DNA of 61,939 bases from an uncultured Qipengyuania sp. (GTDB taxonomy: Bacteria; Pseudomonadota; Alphaproteobacteria; Sphingomonadales; Sphingomonadaceae): NCBI GenBank assembly GCA_965650395.1, contig CBFGON010000001.1, positions 1-61,939 on the forward strand. Reading direction: 5' to 3'. Numbering within the stretch: position 1 is the first letter of the stretch; every line of letters starts with the position of its first letter. Below, piece after piece: positions 10,174 to 19,291 of this stretch. Below the pieces are notes generated by a model. It was not told where the DNA came from, did no database searches, and saw only the letters and a program-made list of their open reading frames with translations. The translations under genes and the position numbers were made by a program.

Positions 10174-10476
10174 TCAGCCCGAGACCGTCTTTGCTTCGGC
10201 GAAAGCGAGGAGGCCGCCGTAAGTCTCCAGCATTTCCCCCTCGACGTCTTCATCCTCGATCACGATATCGAGCCGGTCCTCCATTTCGGTGAGGAGCCCT
10301 GCAACGGCCATCGAATCGAGTTCCGGCAAATGTCCGAACAACCCGGTGTCATTGTCGAACTCAGCGACCCGATCTTCGTCCAGCGCCAAAACATCGCGCA
10401 GGATTGCGCGGAGTGTCTTGTCGATGTCCTTGCGGCTCGGGCCGGTCGGATCGATGGTGGCAGTCTGGCCGTTCAT
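10174..10476 (-). CDS. Acyl carrier protein (phosphopantetheine-binding)
   Basis: Acidic 100-aa protein with LFGHLPELDSMAV (Ser attachment site) and EMEDRLDIVIEDED. ATG 10476 follows a GGAGG RBS. Confidence 0.88.
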   Translation of the reverse strand: MNGQTATIDPTGPSRKDIDKTLRAILRDVLALDEDRVAEFDNDTGLFGHLPELDSMAVAGLLTEMEDRLDIVIEDEDVEGEMLETYGGLLAFAEAKTVSG

Positions 10477-10513
10477 GGTCGAAGCTGTCCCCTCCTGTAA
10501 GGCGGCAATGCCC

Positions 10514-11491
10514 TTAGCCACGCGCCTTTGGCCGCGCAAGACGGCGCGCAAGCGCTTTGGCGATCGCGGGCCAAGTGGCCGGTTTACGCCGGTCGTAGCA
10601 GGAAAGCCGGTAACGCGGGCGAACATGGTCCATCCAGTCGCGCTTATACGCATCATCGCCAGTGCCGAAATCGACCAGCTTCACTCCGTCCTTGTCGATG
10701 ACATGCTCGAACATGGCCGCCGTTAACGTGGTACCGGCGGAAATCGAGCTGGCTTCATCCAGATGCGCGAGCTTGTGGATGTATGCGGTGCCAGCCTCCA
10801 CCGTCCAGAACTGTACTGCAACCGGTCTGCCTTTGGCACGCGCTATGCCAAGGCGGAAATGACCGGCGTCACTTTCGGCCCGGGCAAAATCCTCAAGCAG
10901 CACCGCTAGCTCTTCTTCAGGCTTCCAGCTTTGCGCATAGATTTCGCGGTATATTGCCCATGTCTGCTGGTCGAAGTCCGTGTGGATCACGATATCGACT
11001 TTCTTGGCCTTGCGGCCAAGCGCCGTGCGCAAAGTTCCCGGCAGCGCGGCCCTGTATTGCTCAAACGTTCGGCCGGCGATTTCGAGGACATGGTTGACGT
11101 CAATCTGATCGACAAAGACCAACCATCCAGCGCCGCGAAATGCTTGGGCCAGACGCGTCGTGCTGCCATCCTCGTCGGGCACGGGCGCGAGAATTATCTG
11201 GCCGGCCTTGCCGCGCAGGTCTGAGGCTATTGCCAACAATGCAGAGTGCTCGGACCCGAGCGGGCGCCAGCTGAAAGCGAACCAATTGGTCAGGCTGGTC
11301 AAGGTGGAACCTGAACGCGAAAGCGGCAGAGCGACCTTCCCTCCGTCACCTGCAGCGATCACCACAAATGGCGTTGCGGCATGCCGTTCGAGCAATGAAT
11401 ACCATTCCGGCCTGTCGAACGACCCTTGCGCAAATTCGGCAAACGCTTGCAGTTTCGCAACCGTGTCGTGATAGCTGACCGCAATGACCAA
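10514..11491 (-). CDS. GNAT family acyltransferase (CelD/BcsL-like, Acetyltransf_6 type)
   Basis: IYAQSWKPEE, AVQFWTV, YIHKLAH, SAGTTL, VDFGTGDDAYKRDWM. TTG 11491 start after an AGGGG RBS is inferred. Confidence 0.82.
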   Translation of the reverse strand: MVIAVSYHDTVAKLQAFAEFAQGSFDRPEWYSLLERHAATPFVVIAAGDGGKVALPLSRSGSTLTSLTNWFAFSWRPLGSEHSALLAIASDLRGKAGQIILAPVPDEDGSTTRLAQAFRGAGWLVFVDQIDVNHVLEIAGRTFEQYRAALPGTLRTALGRKAKKVDIVIHTDFDQQTWAIYREIYAQSWKPEEELAVLLEDFARAESDAGHFRLGIARAKGRPVAVQFWTVEAGTAYIHKLAHLDEASSISAGTTLTAAMFEHVIDKDGVKLVDFGTGDDAYKRDWMDHVRPRYRLSCYDRRKPATWPAIAKALARRLARPKARG

Positions 11492-11517
11492 CGGGAATCC
11501 CCTGCTTCGGAGCCTTG

Positions 11518-13026
11518 ATGCCTGATCCCACGCCGTACACGCTGGATCAACTCGCTGAGCGCGGCGATGCACAGGCGCCTGCGCTTGTCCTTCGCGACAG
11601 GTCGCTGAATTACGCCGAATTGCGCGATACCGTCAGCTTGTTGGCGGGGTGGCTGGCAAGCCGGTTGGAAACCGGCGCGCGGATTGCGAGTTGGGCCGCC
11701 AAGGGTGAGTTGACCTGCCTGCTGCCTCTGGCAGCGGCGCGGGCTGGGCTTGTCCATGTGCCCATCAATCCGCTCCTCAAGAGAGCGCAGGTGGCACATA
11801 TCCTGAGTGACAGCAGCGCGACGATGCTTCTGGGAACCGGTGCTCGCGTCAAGACGCTGGAAGGCGGCGATGTGCCGGCGGGGTGTGCAGTCATTGAAGA
11901 AACCGAGATACTGGAACTGGCCCGTGAATTGGGATCGCGCCTCCCGCCATCGCAGCGTGATCCGCAGGAACTTGTAGCGATACTCTATACCAGCGGTTCG
12001 ACCGGCAAGCCAAAAGGTGTGATGTTGAGTCATGCCAATCTATGGCTCGGCGCAGTGTCGGTGGCGCACTATCTTGGGCTGGCGAGCGATGATGTCACCC
12101 TGGCAGTGTTGCCCATGAGCTTTGATTACGGGCAGAATCAGCTGCTTTCCACCTGGTATGCCGGGGGAAGCGTTGTTCCACTCGACTATCTGTTCCCGCG
12201 CGATGTAGCGAAGGCATGTGTTCGGCACAGGGTAACTACCTTGGCGGCGGTACCGCCGCTTTGGGTGCAGCTTACCGAAATCGAATGGCCCGACGAAGCT
12301 GTGTCAACGATGCGCAGATTAACCAATAGCGGTGGCGCTCTGACCATCGATCTGGTGGAAAGATTGCGTTCAATCTTCTTGAAATCACAAATATTCCCTA
12401 TGTACGGTCTGACAGAAGCGTTTCGGTCCACCTTTCTCGATCCGCTGCTTGTGACAAGCCATCCAACGTCGATGGGCACAGCAATTCCCTTTGCCGAGAT
12501 ATTGGTCATCGATGACAGGGGAGGGCTTTGCGCCGACGGTGCCGAGGGCGAGTTGGTCCACTGCGGGCCATTGGTGGCGCAGGGTTACTGGAACGACCCG
12601 GAACGCACGCGTGAGCGGTTCCGTCCAGCGCCGCGAATGTCCGAATATGGCGGCTTGGCAGTATGGTCAGGCGATCGGGTAAAGCGCGATGCTGATGGAC
12701 TGCTCTATTTCGTTGGCCGCCGCGATGCGATGATCAAAAGTGCAGGCAACCGCATCAGTCCGCAAGAAATCGAAAATGCGGCAATCGCTACCGGGCTGGT
12801 GTCAGAGGCGGTTGCGTTGGGAGTGCCCGACGATCGACTTGGCCAGGCAATCCACCTGGTGGTCCGTGCGTCGTCGAGAGAAGCGAAAGATAAACTGGCC
12901 AAGCTGTTGGCGCGCGAACTACCCAATTTCATGCAGCCCCATGTGATTCATTGGCGCGACAGGCTGCCCCTCAACCCCAATGGAAAACTCGACCGTACTG
13001 CCATCGCAAGGGAAATTGCTGCATGA
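11518..13026 (+). CDS. Acyl-CoA ligase (AMP-forming), exosortase A system-associated
   Basis: AMP-binding motif ILYTSGSTGKPKGV, MYGLTEAFRST, SGDRV, GRRDAMIKSAGNRISPQEIE, LPLNPNGKLDR. Confidence 0.93.
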   Translation: MPDPTPYTLDQLAERGDAQAPALVLRDRSLNYAELRDTVSLLAGWLASRLETGARIASWAAKGELTCLLPLAAARAGLVHVPINPLLKRAQVAHILSDSSATMLLGTGARVKTLEGGDVPAGCAVIEETEILELARELGSRLPPSQRDPQELVAILYTSGSTGKPKGVMLSHANLWLGAVSVAHYLGLASDDVTLAVLPMSFDYGQNQLLSTWYAGGSVVPLDYLFPRDVAKACVRHRVTTLAAVPPLWVQLTEIEWPDEAVSTMRRLTNSGGALTIDLVERLRSIFLKSQIFPMYGLTEAFRSTFLDPLLVTSHPTSMGTAIPFAEILVIDDRGGLCADGAEGELVHCGPLVAQGYWNDPERTRERFRPAPRMSEYGGLAVWSGDRVKRDADGLLYFVGRRDAMIKSAGNRISPQEIENAAIATGLVSEAVALGVPDDRLGQAIHLVVRASSREAKDKLAKLLARELPNFMQPHVIHWRDRLPLNPNGKLDRTAIAREIAA

Positions 13027-14249
13027 AACCGCTCGGCCCCATTCCTGACGGATACGGAACGATTGACGGCGAACTTGCCATATCGGGGGTCAAGGCAAGT
13101 GATCTGGTCAGTCAGGGGGGGCAAACCCCACTGTTCGTCTATTCGCGGGACATGATTGCCAGGCGAGTAACTGCCTTGCGCGCTGCAATGCCAGAGCAGT
13201 TGCAGATAAATTACGCGATCAAGGCCAACAGCTTTGCACCGTTGCTTGAATATGTGTCGAGCCTGGTTGATGGCCTCGACATTGCCTCGGGCGGCGAGTT
13301 GGAGATGGTTCTGGCTGCAGGAAACGATGGTTCGCGCGTGAGCTTTGCTGGTCCCGGCAAGCGCGATACAGAAATTGAGGCAGCTATTGCGGCAGGCGTC
13401 ACACTCAACCTCGAAAGCGAGAATGAGGCCCGGCGCGCATTGTCGATTGCGGATCGATTGGGAACCACTCCTCGCCTTGCCATTCGCGTCAATCCCGATT
13501 TTGAACTCAAGGGTTCGGGCATGAAGATGGGCGGCGGGGCAAAGCCGTTCGGGATTGATGCCGCTCGCGTTCCAGCGCTGGCGCGCGAGATTGCCGAGGC
13601 AGGATGCGATTGGCGCGGTCTGCATATCTTCACTGGAAGCCAGGCACTGGACGCGCAGGCTATCATCGATGCACAAGCCAACGTACTGAACCTTGCCGAC
13701 AGGATCGCCAGGGAAGCGGGTATAGCCATTCCCAAACTCAACATGGGGGGTGGTTTCGGAATTCCCTATTTTTTCGGCGACAAGCCCCTCGATGTCCAGC
13801 AGATCGGAGATGAGCTGGATAAGAAATTGAAAAATAGGTATAAATCTCTCGAAGAAACGCAGTTCTTTATCGAGCTTGGCAGGTACATCGTAGGTGAGGC
13901 CGGGGTGTATCTGACACGCATCGTCGACCGCAAGGAAAGCCATGGCGAAATCTATCTGGTCACTGACGGAGGACTGCATCATCAACTCGCCGCGTCTGGC
14001 AATTTCGGAACGGTGGTCAGAAGGAACTATCCGCTAGCCATAGCGTCGCACTTTGGAGCCGAACCCGTTGAAGTAGCCAATGTCGTGGGATGCCTGTGTA
14101 CTCCGCTAGATCGGCTTGCCGACAAGGCGTTTCTGCCGTTTGCCGACGTGGGCGATCTGGTCGCTGTGTTCTGTGCGGGTGCCTACGGTGCAAGCGCTTC
14201 GCCAAGTGCCTTTCTTGGCCAGGGGCCGGCGGGCGAAATACTTATTTGA
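13023..14249 (+). CDS. PLP-dependent decarboxylase (LysA-like fold), exosortase A system-associated
   Basis: YAIKAN (PLP Lys), DIASGGE, GPGK, HIFTGSQ, NMGGGFG, ELGRYIV, GCLCTPLDRL, GAYG. ATGA overlap with the ligase. Confidence 0.92.
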   Translation: MKPLGPIPDGYGTIDGELAISGVKASDLVSQGGQTPLFVYSRDMIARRVTALRAAMPEQLQINYAIKANSFAPLLEYVSSLVDGLDIASGGELEMVLAAGNDGSRVSFAGPGKRDTEIEAAIAAGVTLNLESENEARRALSIADRLGTTPRLAIRVNPDFELKGSGMKMGGGAKPFGIDAARVPALAREIAEAGCDWRGLHIFTGSQALDAQAIIDAQANVLNLADRIAREAGIAIPKLNMGGGFGIPYFFGDKPLDVQQIGDELDKKLKNRYKSLEETQFFIELGRYIVGEAGVYLTRIVDRKESHGEIYLVTDGGLHHQLAASGNFGTVVRRNYPLAIASHFGAEPVEVANVVGCLCTPLDRLADKAFLPFADVGDLVAVFCAGAYGASASPSAFLGQGPAGEILI

Positions 14250-14433
14250 TTCGAATAGAATCCCGATTTGAGACACGACCGATAATTGTGCTAAAACCCT
14301 CACGATTCTGCTGCTGTTGCAGGGTATGACTAACGGACTATTCACCTTTATCGGGCAATAGGTGCTCGAAACGGGGAACGCTGCACATGTTAGTGTGCGG
14401 TTGGGCCCTGTTGCCAAGTCAGGGATATCATCG

Positions 14434-15072
14434 ATGCGCCTCACAGTATCTGCAATCATCTTCGCATCCGTTACTCCACTTGCCCTTGCGGGCTGCGCCT
14501 CGACTGCAAAGAACGAACTGCCACCGGCGACCTTTGTAGCCATGCAAGAAGGTCCGGGTGAGGAATATGTGATCGGACCGCTTGACGAGTTGACCATTCA
14601 CGTATGGCGCAACCCCGAACTTGGTGCCGAAAATATCCAGGTTCGTCCCGATGGCCGGATTACCATTCCGCTGGTCAAGGATATGCCTGCAGTCGGCAAG
14701 ACCCCTTCGATGCTCGAAGAGGACATTCGTCTGCAATTGAGCCAGTACATCGAGGATCCGCTGGTTTCGGTTATCGTCAACGAGTTCGCCGGAACCTTCA
14801 GCCAGCAGATCAGGATCGTCGGTGCGACCGAAAAACCCTCGTCGTTGCCTTATCGGGCCAATATGACCGTACTCGATGCAATGATAGCGGTTGGCGGATT
14901 GTCCGAGTTTGCAGCCGGCAACCGTGCAAAATTGATCCGCTTTGACAAGCAATTGGGTGCCCAGCGTGAATATGCGCTGCGTCTCACTGACTTGCTCCGT
15001 CGCGGTGACAGCAAGGCGAACGTCCTGCTTGAGCCCGGTGACGTGATTATCATCCCTGAAAGCGCGTTTTAA
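14434..15072 (+). CDS. Polysaccharide export lipoprotein (Wza/OPX family, XrtA system)
   Basis: Lipobox LAGC; YVIGPLDEL.IHVWRNPEL, VRPDGRITIPLV; SLBB domain; LEPGDVIIIPES. Confidence 0.93.
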   Translation: MRLTVSAIIFASVTPLALAGCASTAKNELPPATFVAMQEGPGEEYVIGPLDELTIHVWRNPELGAENIQVRPDGRITIPLVKDMPAVGKTPSMLEEDIRLQLSQYIEDPLVSVIVNEFAGTFSQQIRIVGATEKPSSLPYRANMTVLDAMIAVGGLSEFAAGNRAKLIRFDKQLGAQREYALRLTDLLRRGDSKANVLLEPGDVIIIPESAF

Positions 15073-15089
15073 GGCAGGGATGCGGGGGG

Positions 15090-16610
15090 ATGGAAGAACT
15101 CGTTCACGAACTGCGCGGTGCGCTGCACAAGGTTTGGAGCCGTCGGTGGGTTGCGCTGGCGGTGGCCTGGATTGTTTGTATTCTGGGTTGGCTCGTAGTG
15201 GCATTCATTCCCAACAGCTATGAGAGCAAGGCGCGGATCTACGTTGAGCTGGATGATGTCCTCTCTCAGCAGCTGGAAATTTCCGGTGACGGGAAGCAAG
15301 CGATCACGCGCGTCCGGCAGACCCTGACCAGCGCGGTCAATCTCGAGAAGGTCATTCGGTCCACCAGCCTTGGCGATGAAGTTCAGACCGATCTCGACAT
15401 GCAGTCTGCCATCGATCGGCTGTCCGAGAATATCACCGTTCAATCGGAGCAGGACAACCTGTTTGAAATTACTGCGACGATTGGCAAGCGTCAGTTGAGT
15501 GATGCGGAAAATGCTGAGCTGGCACAACAGGTTGTTCAACAAATGATCGACCTGTTCAAGGATCAGAATATAGCAGGTAATCGTGGGGAGGTCGCCAAGA
15601 CGATCGTATTCCTCGATCAGCAACTCGAAGATCGCAAGCGCGAGCTTGAAGCGGCCGAACAGCGTCGGCTCGCATTCGAGGCGCAGCATCCGGACCTGAT
15701 CGGCGGAATTGGTGGTGCTGCAACACAGATCCAGCAGATGCGAACGGAAATGCGTGGCATCGATGCCGATATTGCAGCTGCGCAAAGTGCGCTTGCTGCC
15801 ATTAACGGGCAGATTGCGGGCACACCGCGTTCGATTGTGACAACCGGCGACGGCGGCGGCGCGCGAGGTGCATTGATGCAGGCTGAGGCGCAGCTTTCGG
15901 CAATGCAGGCGCGGGGCCTTACCGATAGCCATCCCGACGTGCAGACGCAGAAACGCCAGATCGAGGCTCTGCGCAGGCAGGCCGCAAACGAGCCTTCGGG
16001 TGCGGGTAGCTCACCCAATCCGGCATATACGTCGCTGATTTCGATCAAGGCGGAACGCCAGGCCAATGTCCAGGCGCTTGAATCGCGCAAGGCAGCGCTG
16101 CAATCGGATATCTCAGGCCTTATCGCCACTCAGGCTGACGAACCTGCTGTTGCTGCCGAAGCAAGCCGCATCAGCCGCGATTACGACGTGCTCAAGGAAA
16201 AGTATGACGAGCTCCTCAACAACCGCGAAGAAATGCGTCTGCGGGGTCAGGTTGAGACCGAACGCAGTGCTTTCCAGTTCGAAGTGATCGATCCGCCGAC
16301 CTATCCTCGCAAGCCCGCAGCGCCCAATCGGCCGCTACTGCTCATTGGCGTATTGCTGGCAGGCGCTGGCGTTGGTGCTGCCGTGGCCTTTGCGTTGGGA
16401 CAGCTGCGGTCAAGTTACACCACCGCGGAGCGGCTCGAGAACGATCTCGATCTACCTGTGGTGGGCACGATTTCGCGTTCGATGACGCCCGAGGCGGAAA
16501 CACGCGAAAGACATCGCACACGACAGTTCGTGATGGGATCGGGTGCACTCGCTGCAATGTGTATACTGCTGCTGATCGTGAATTTTATTCAGGTCGGTTC
16601 GGTGGCTTGA
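15090..16610 (+). CDS. Polysaccharide chain-length determinant (Wzc transmembrane/periplasmic part, PCP family)
   Basis: N-terminal TM followed by PNSYESKARIYV, long coiled coil, TDSHPDV, FEVIDPPTYP..PAAPNRP, C-terminal TMs. Confidence 0.9.
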   Translation: MEELVHELRGALHKVWSRRWVALAVAWIVCILGWLVVAFIPNSYESKARIYVELDDVLSQQLEISGDGKQAITRVRQTLTSAVNLEKVIRSTSLGDEVQTDLDMQSAIDRLSENITVQSEQDNLFEITATIGKRQLSDAENAELAQQVVQQMIDLFKDQNIAGNRGEVAKTIVFLDQQLEDRKRELEAAEQRRLAFEAQHPDLIGGIGGAATQIQQMRTEMRGIDADIAAAQSALAAINGQIAGTPRSIVTTGDGGGARGALMQAEAQLSAMQARGLTDSHPDVQTQKRQIEALRRQAANEPSGAGSSPNPAYTSLISIKAERQANVQALESRKAALQSDISGLIATQADEPAVAAEASRISRDYDVLKEKYDELLNNREEMRLRGQVETERSAFQFEVIDPPTYPRKPAAPNRPLLLIGVLLAGAGVGAAVAFALGQLRSSYTTAERLENDLDLPVVGTISRSMTPEAETRERHRTRQFVMGSGALAAMCILLLIVNFIQVGSVA

Positions 16611-16620
16611 GGAGACAGAT

Positions 16621-17625
16621 GTGAACAAGCCAACCAAACCTGCTTCGCCAGAGTCGACGGCAAAGCCGCACAGCAGCAAGCAGGGTTCATTACTTGAACG
16701 GGCGAGCTGGCTGTTCGGTTTCGATCAGTTCAAGCCTGCGAGCGTTCCTGTTTTGCTTGAAGGCAACAAGGCGCAGAAATTCGCGCCCAGGCGCCGAGCG
16801 AGCGATCATTCGCGCAAAACCGAAAGGGCCGCAGCTCAAACGCCGGTGGCGCAGCAGGAGCCTGTGCAGAAATTGCCGGAGATGGCGGCCGTCACTTTCA
16901 CGGGCGACCCACGCCACATCGTGCGCTCCGTCCTCGGCGAGCAGGGACTGATCGATCCCGATGGCGGCGCTTCCAAGCTGCTGGAGGAATTCCGCATAGT
17001 AAAACGGCAGGTGCTTGCCACGGCCAGGGCCAAGGGCACGCCGGAATCGCGCCGTGTGCTGATTTGCTCGCCTCATCCAAGCGAGGGCAAGACCTTCTGC
17101 GCACTAAACCTCGCCATTTCCATGGCAGCCGAGCATGATGGCGAAGTACTTCTGGTCGATGCCGATTTTGCCAAGCCTTCGATCCTTGCCTCGCTTGGCC
17201 TTGAATCGGCCAAGGGCTTCATGGATGTGCTGGCCGACCCGTCAGCAAATGTCGAAGATTATGTCATTGCAACCGACATTCCAGGCCTTTGGGTTCTGGC
17301 CGCAGGTCTGCGCAGCGGACGCGATAGCGAATACCTTGCCAGCGATCGCACGCGTGAAGTCCTCGACAGGCTGACGCATGGCGCGCCCAACCGCATGATC
17401 GTGTTCGACAGTCCGCCAATCCTTGCCGCAACGCCGGCAACCGAACTGGCAAAGCATGTTGGCCAATCGCTGCTGGTGGCACGTGCTGGCGAGACCGGCA
17501 AGGTGGCACTTGAAGATGCTATCGATCTGCTTGCTGCCTGCCCGGACATACGCCTGTTGCTGAACGATGCGACATTCAGCCCAAGTGGTCGCCGGTTCGG
17601 AAGCTACTATGGATCCGACATATGA
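16621..17625 (+). CDS. Bacterial tyrosine autokinase (Wzc C-terminal/CpsD-like)
   Basis: EEFRIVKR, Walker A SPHPSEGKT, LLVDAD, FDSPP, C-terminal Tyr cluster FGSYYG. Confidence 0.9.
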   Translation: MNKPTKPASPESTAKPHSSKQGSLLERASWLFGFDQFKPASVPVLLEGNKAQKFAPRRRASDHSRKTERAAAQTPVAQQEPVQKLPEMAAVTFTGDPRHIVRSVLGEQGLIDPDGGASKLLEEFRIVKRQVLATARAKGTPESRRVLICSPHPSEGKTFCALNLAISMAAEHDGEVLLVDADFAKPSILASLGLESAKGFMDVLADPSANVEDYVIATDIPGLWVLAAGLRSGRDSEYLASDRTREVLDRLTHGAPNRMIVFDSPPILAATPATELAKHVGQSLLVARAGETGKVALEDAIDLLAACPDIRLLLNDATFSPSGRRFGSYYGSDI

Positions 17626-19274
17626 TCAGAATAATCACACCGCTGTTTGCCTTTGGTGCTGTGTGCATCGCGCAACCTCTGACTGCGCAGGATACGGCCG
17701 ATTTGCCTGCGGGCGAGGAAGATTCGCAGAATGATCGTCAGGGCAATCGAACCAGTATCGATCCCTACATCGAAGTGTCTCAGGTGTTTACCCAGCAGTT
17801 CGAACCGACCGATAACTTCGTTACCTATACGCAACTTGCGGCCGGGGTCGACGCCAGTCTGATCGGCCGCAACAGCGGTGCGACAGCTGCACTGCGTTAC
17901 GAACGCAACTTCGCCTGGGATAATAGTGCGCGAGACAGCGACACCATATCCGGTCTCGTGCGCGCTTATACTACACTCATACCACGCACACTGAAGCTCG
18001 ATGCAGGGGCGGTGGCTAGCAGGACCCGAGTAGATGGCGCGGGCGGTTCGCTGATCACACCTATCGTGGGCGACGATGACAATACCGTTCAGACATATTC
18101 GGCATATGCCGGTCCCACGCTCTCGACCTACGTCAACGACATCAAGCTCGATGCCAATTACCGCATAGGCTATACTCGGGTCGACGGACCGGACGCTGTG
18201 ACATTGGGTGGCGACAGGGTCGAATTGTTCGACGAAAGCCTTTCGCATTCAGCAATGGTCAGAGCGGCAACTTCGCCGGGCGATCCGCTGCCGGTTGGTC
18301 TCGGCCTTGGCGCGGGTTTCTACCAGGAAGACATGGACAGCCTCGACCAGCGTGTCCGTGATGCCTATGTCCGCGCGGACGTCACCGTACCAATCTCTCC
18401 CACATTGGCGCTGGTCGGAGGAATCGGAGCTGAAGACGTCGAAGTATCGTCGCGCGATGCTTTGCGGGATCTCGAAGGCAATCCGATCATTGGTCCGGAC
18501 GGCCGGTATATCACTGACTCCTCTAGCCCGCGCGTGGCCTCGTTTGAATCGGATGGCGTAATCTGGGACGTTGGAGTGATGTGGCGGCCGAGCAGTCGAA
18601 CAACGCTCGAGGCTACCTATGGCCGCCGCTACGACAGTGGTTCTGTAACTGGCAGATTCACGTGGACTCCTGACGCCCGGAGCAATTTCAGTCTATCTGC
18701 ATATGATGCGATCCAGGGATTTGGCGGGCGCCTGACCAATTCGATTTCCTCGCTTCCGGTTGATTTTGATGTGATCCGCGATCCTCTGACCGGGAATATC
18801 ATCGGTTGCACGAGTGCTGCCGATGGTAGCGATTGCCTGTCAGGACTCATTGGGTCCATCCGCTCTTCCGTGTTCCGCGGTCGCGGGGTTGCCGCCAACT
18901 ATTCTCGCGAATTTGGCAGAACGAAGTTCGGTGCAGGCGTTGGATACGACAATCGCAAATTCATAGGTGCGAACAATACGGTTCTGGCCATCGCGGACGG
19001 CGTTACCGATGAAACCTGGTATGGTTTTGCCGGCGCAGAGATGCCCATGTGGCGCGGTTACCTGGGTCTCAACGGTTATGCCAGCTGGTTCGACAGCGGG
19101 TTCTCCGATATCGGCGACAGCTTTGCGATGGGCAGCACTGCATCCTACATCCAGAGAATATATGGCAACCTTTCGGGCCGCGCGGCCGTTTCATACTATA
19201 CGGTAGACCGCGAACTGACCAATACCGACCTGAGCGGTATCAGTGTCCTGATCGGCCTGCGCTACGAATTCTGA
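17622..19274 (+). CDS. Outer-membrane beta-barrel protein of the PEP-CTERM EPS locus
   Basis: Signal peptide, amphipathic beta-strand pattern and terminal IGLRYEF (BAM signal); sits between the kinase and the ATPase. Confidence 0.78.
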   Translation: MIRIITPLFAFGAVCIAQPLTAQDTADLPAGEEDSQNDRQGNRTSIDPYIEVSQVFTQQFEPTDNFVTYTQLAAGVDASLIGRNSGATAALRYERNFAWDNSARDSDTISGLVRAYTTLIPRTLKLDAGAVASRTRVDGAGGSLITPIVGDDDNTVQTYSAYAGPTLSTYVNDIKLDANYRIGYTRVDGPDAVTLGGDRVELFDESLSHSAMVRAATSPGDPLPVGLGLGAGFYQEDMDSLDQRVRDAYVRADVTVPISPTLALVGGIGAEDVEVSSRDALRDLEGNPIIGPDGRYITDSSSPRVASFESDGVIWDVGVMWRPSSRTTLEATYGRRYDSGSVTGRFTWTPDARSNFSLSAYDAIQGFGGRLTNSISSLPVDFDVIRDPLTGNIIGCTSAADGSDCLSGLIGSIRSSVFRGRGVAANYSREFGRTKFGAGVGYDNRKFIGANNTVLAIADGVTDETWYGFAGAEMPMWRGYLGLNGYASWFDSGFSDIGDSFAMGSTASYIQRIYGNLSGRAAVSYYTVDRELTNTDLSGISVLIGLRYEF

Positions 19275-19291
19275 TAAGGACCGACTTTTCG

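Noticed and set aside
14395-14420. Possible sigma-54 promoter (..TGGGCCCTGTTGC..) before wza
   Set aside because: The GG-to-GC spacing does not fit the -24/-12 consensus, and it is very close to the start codon.
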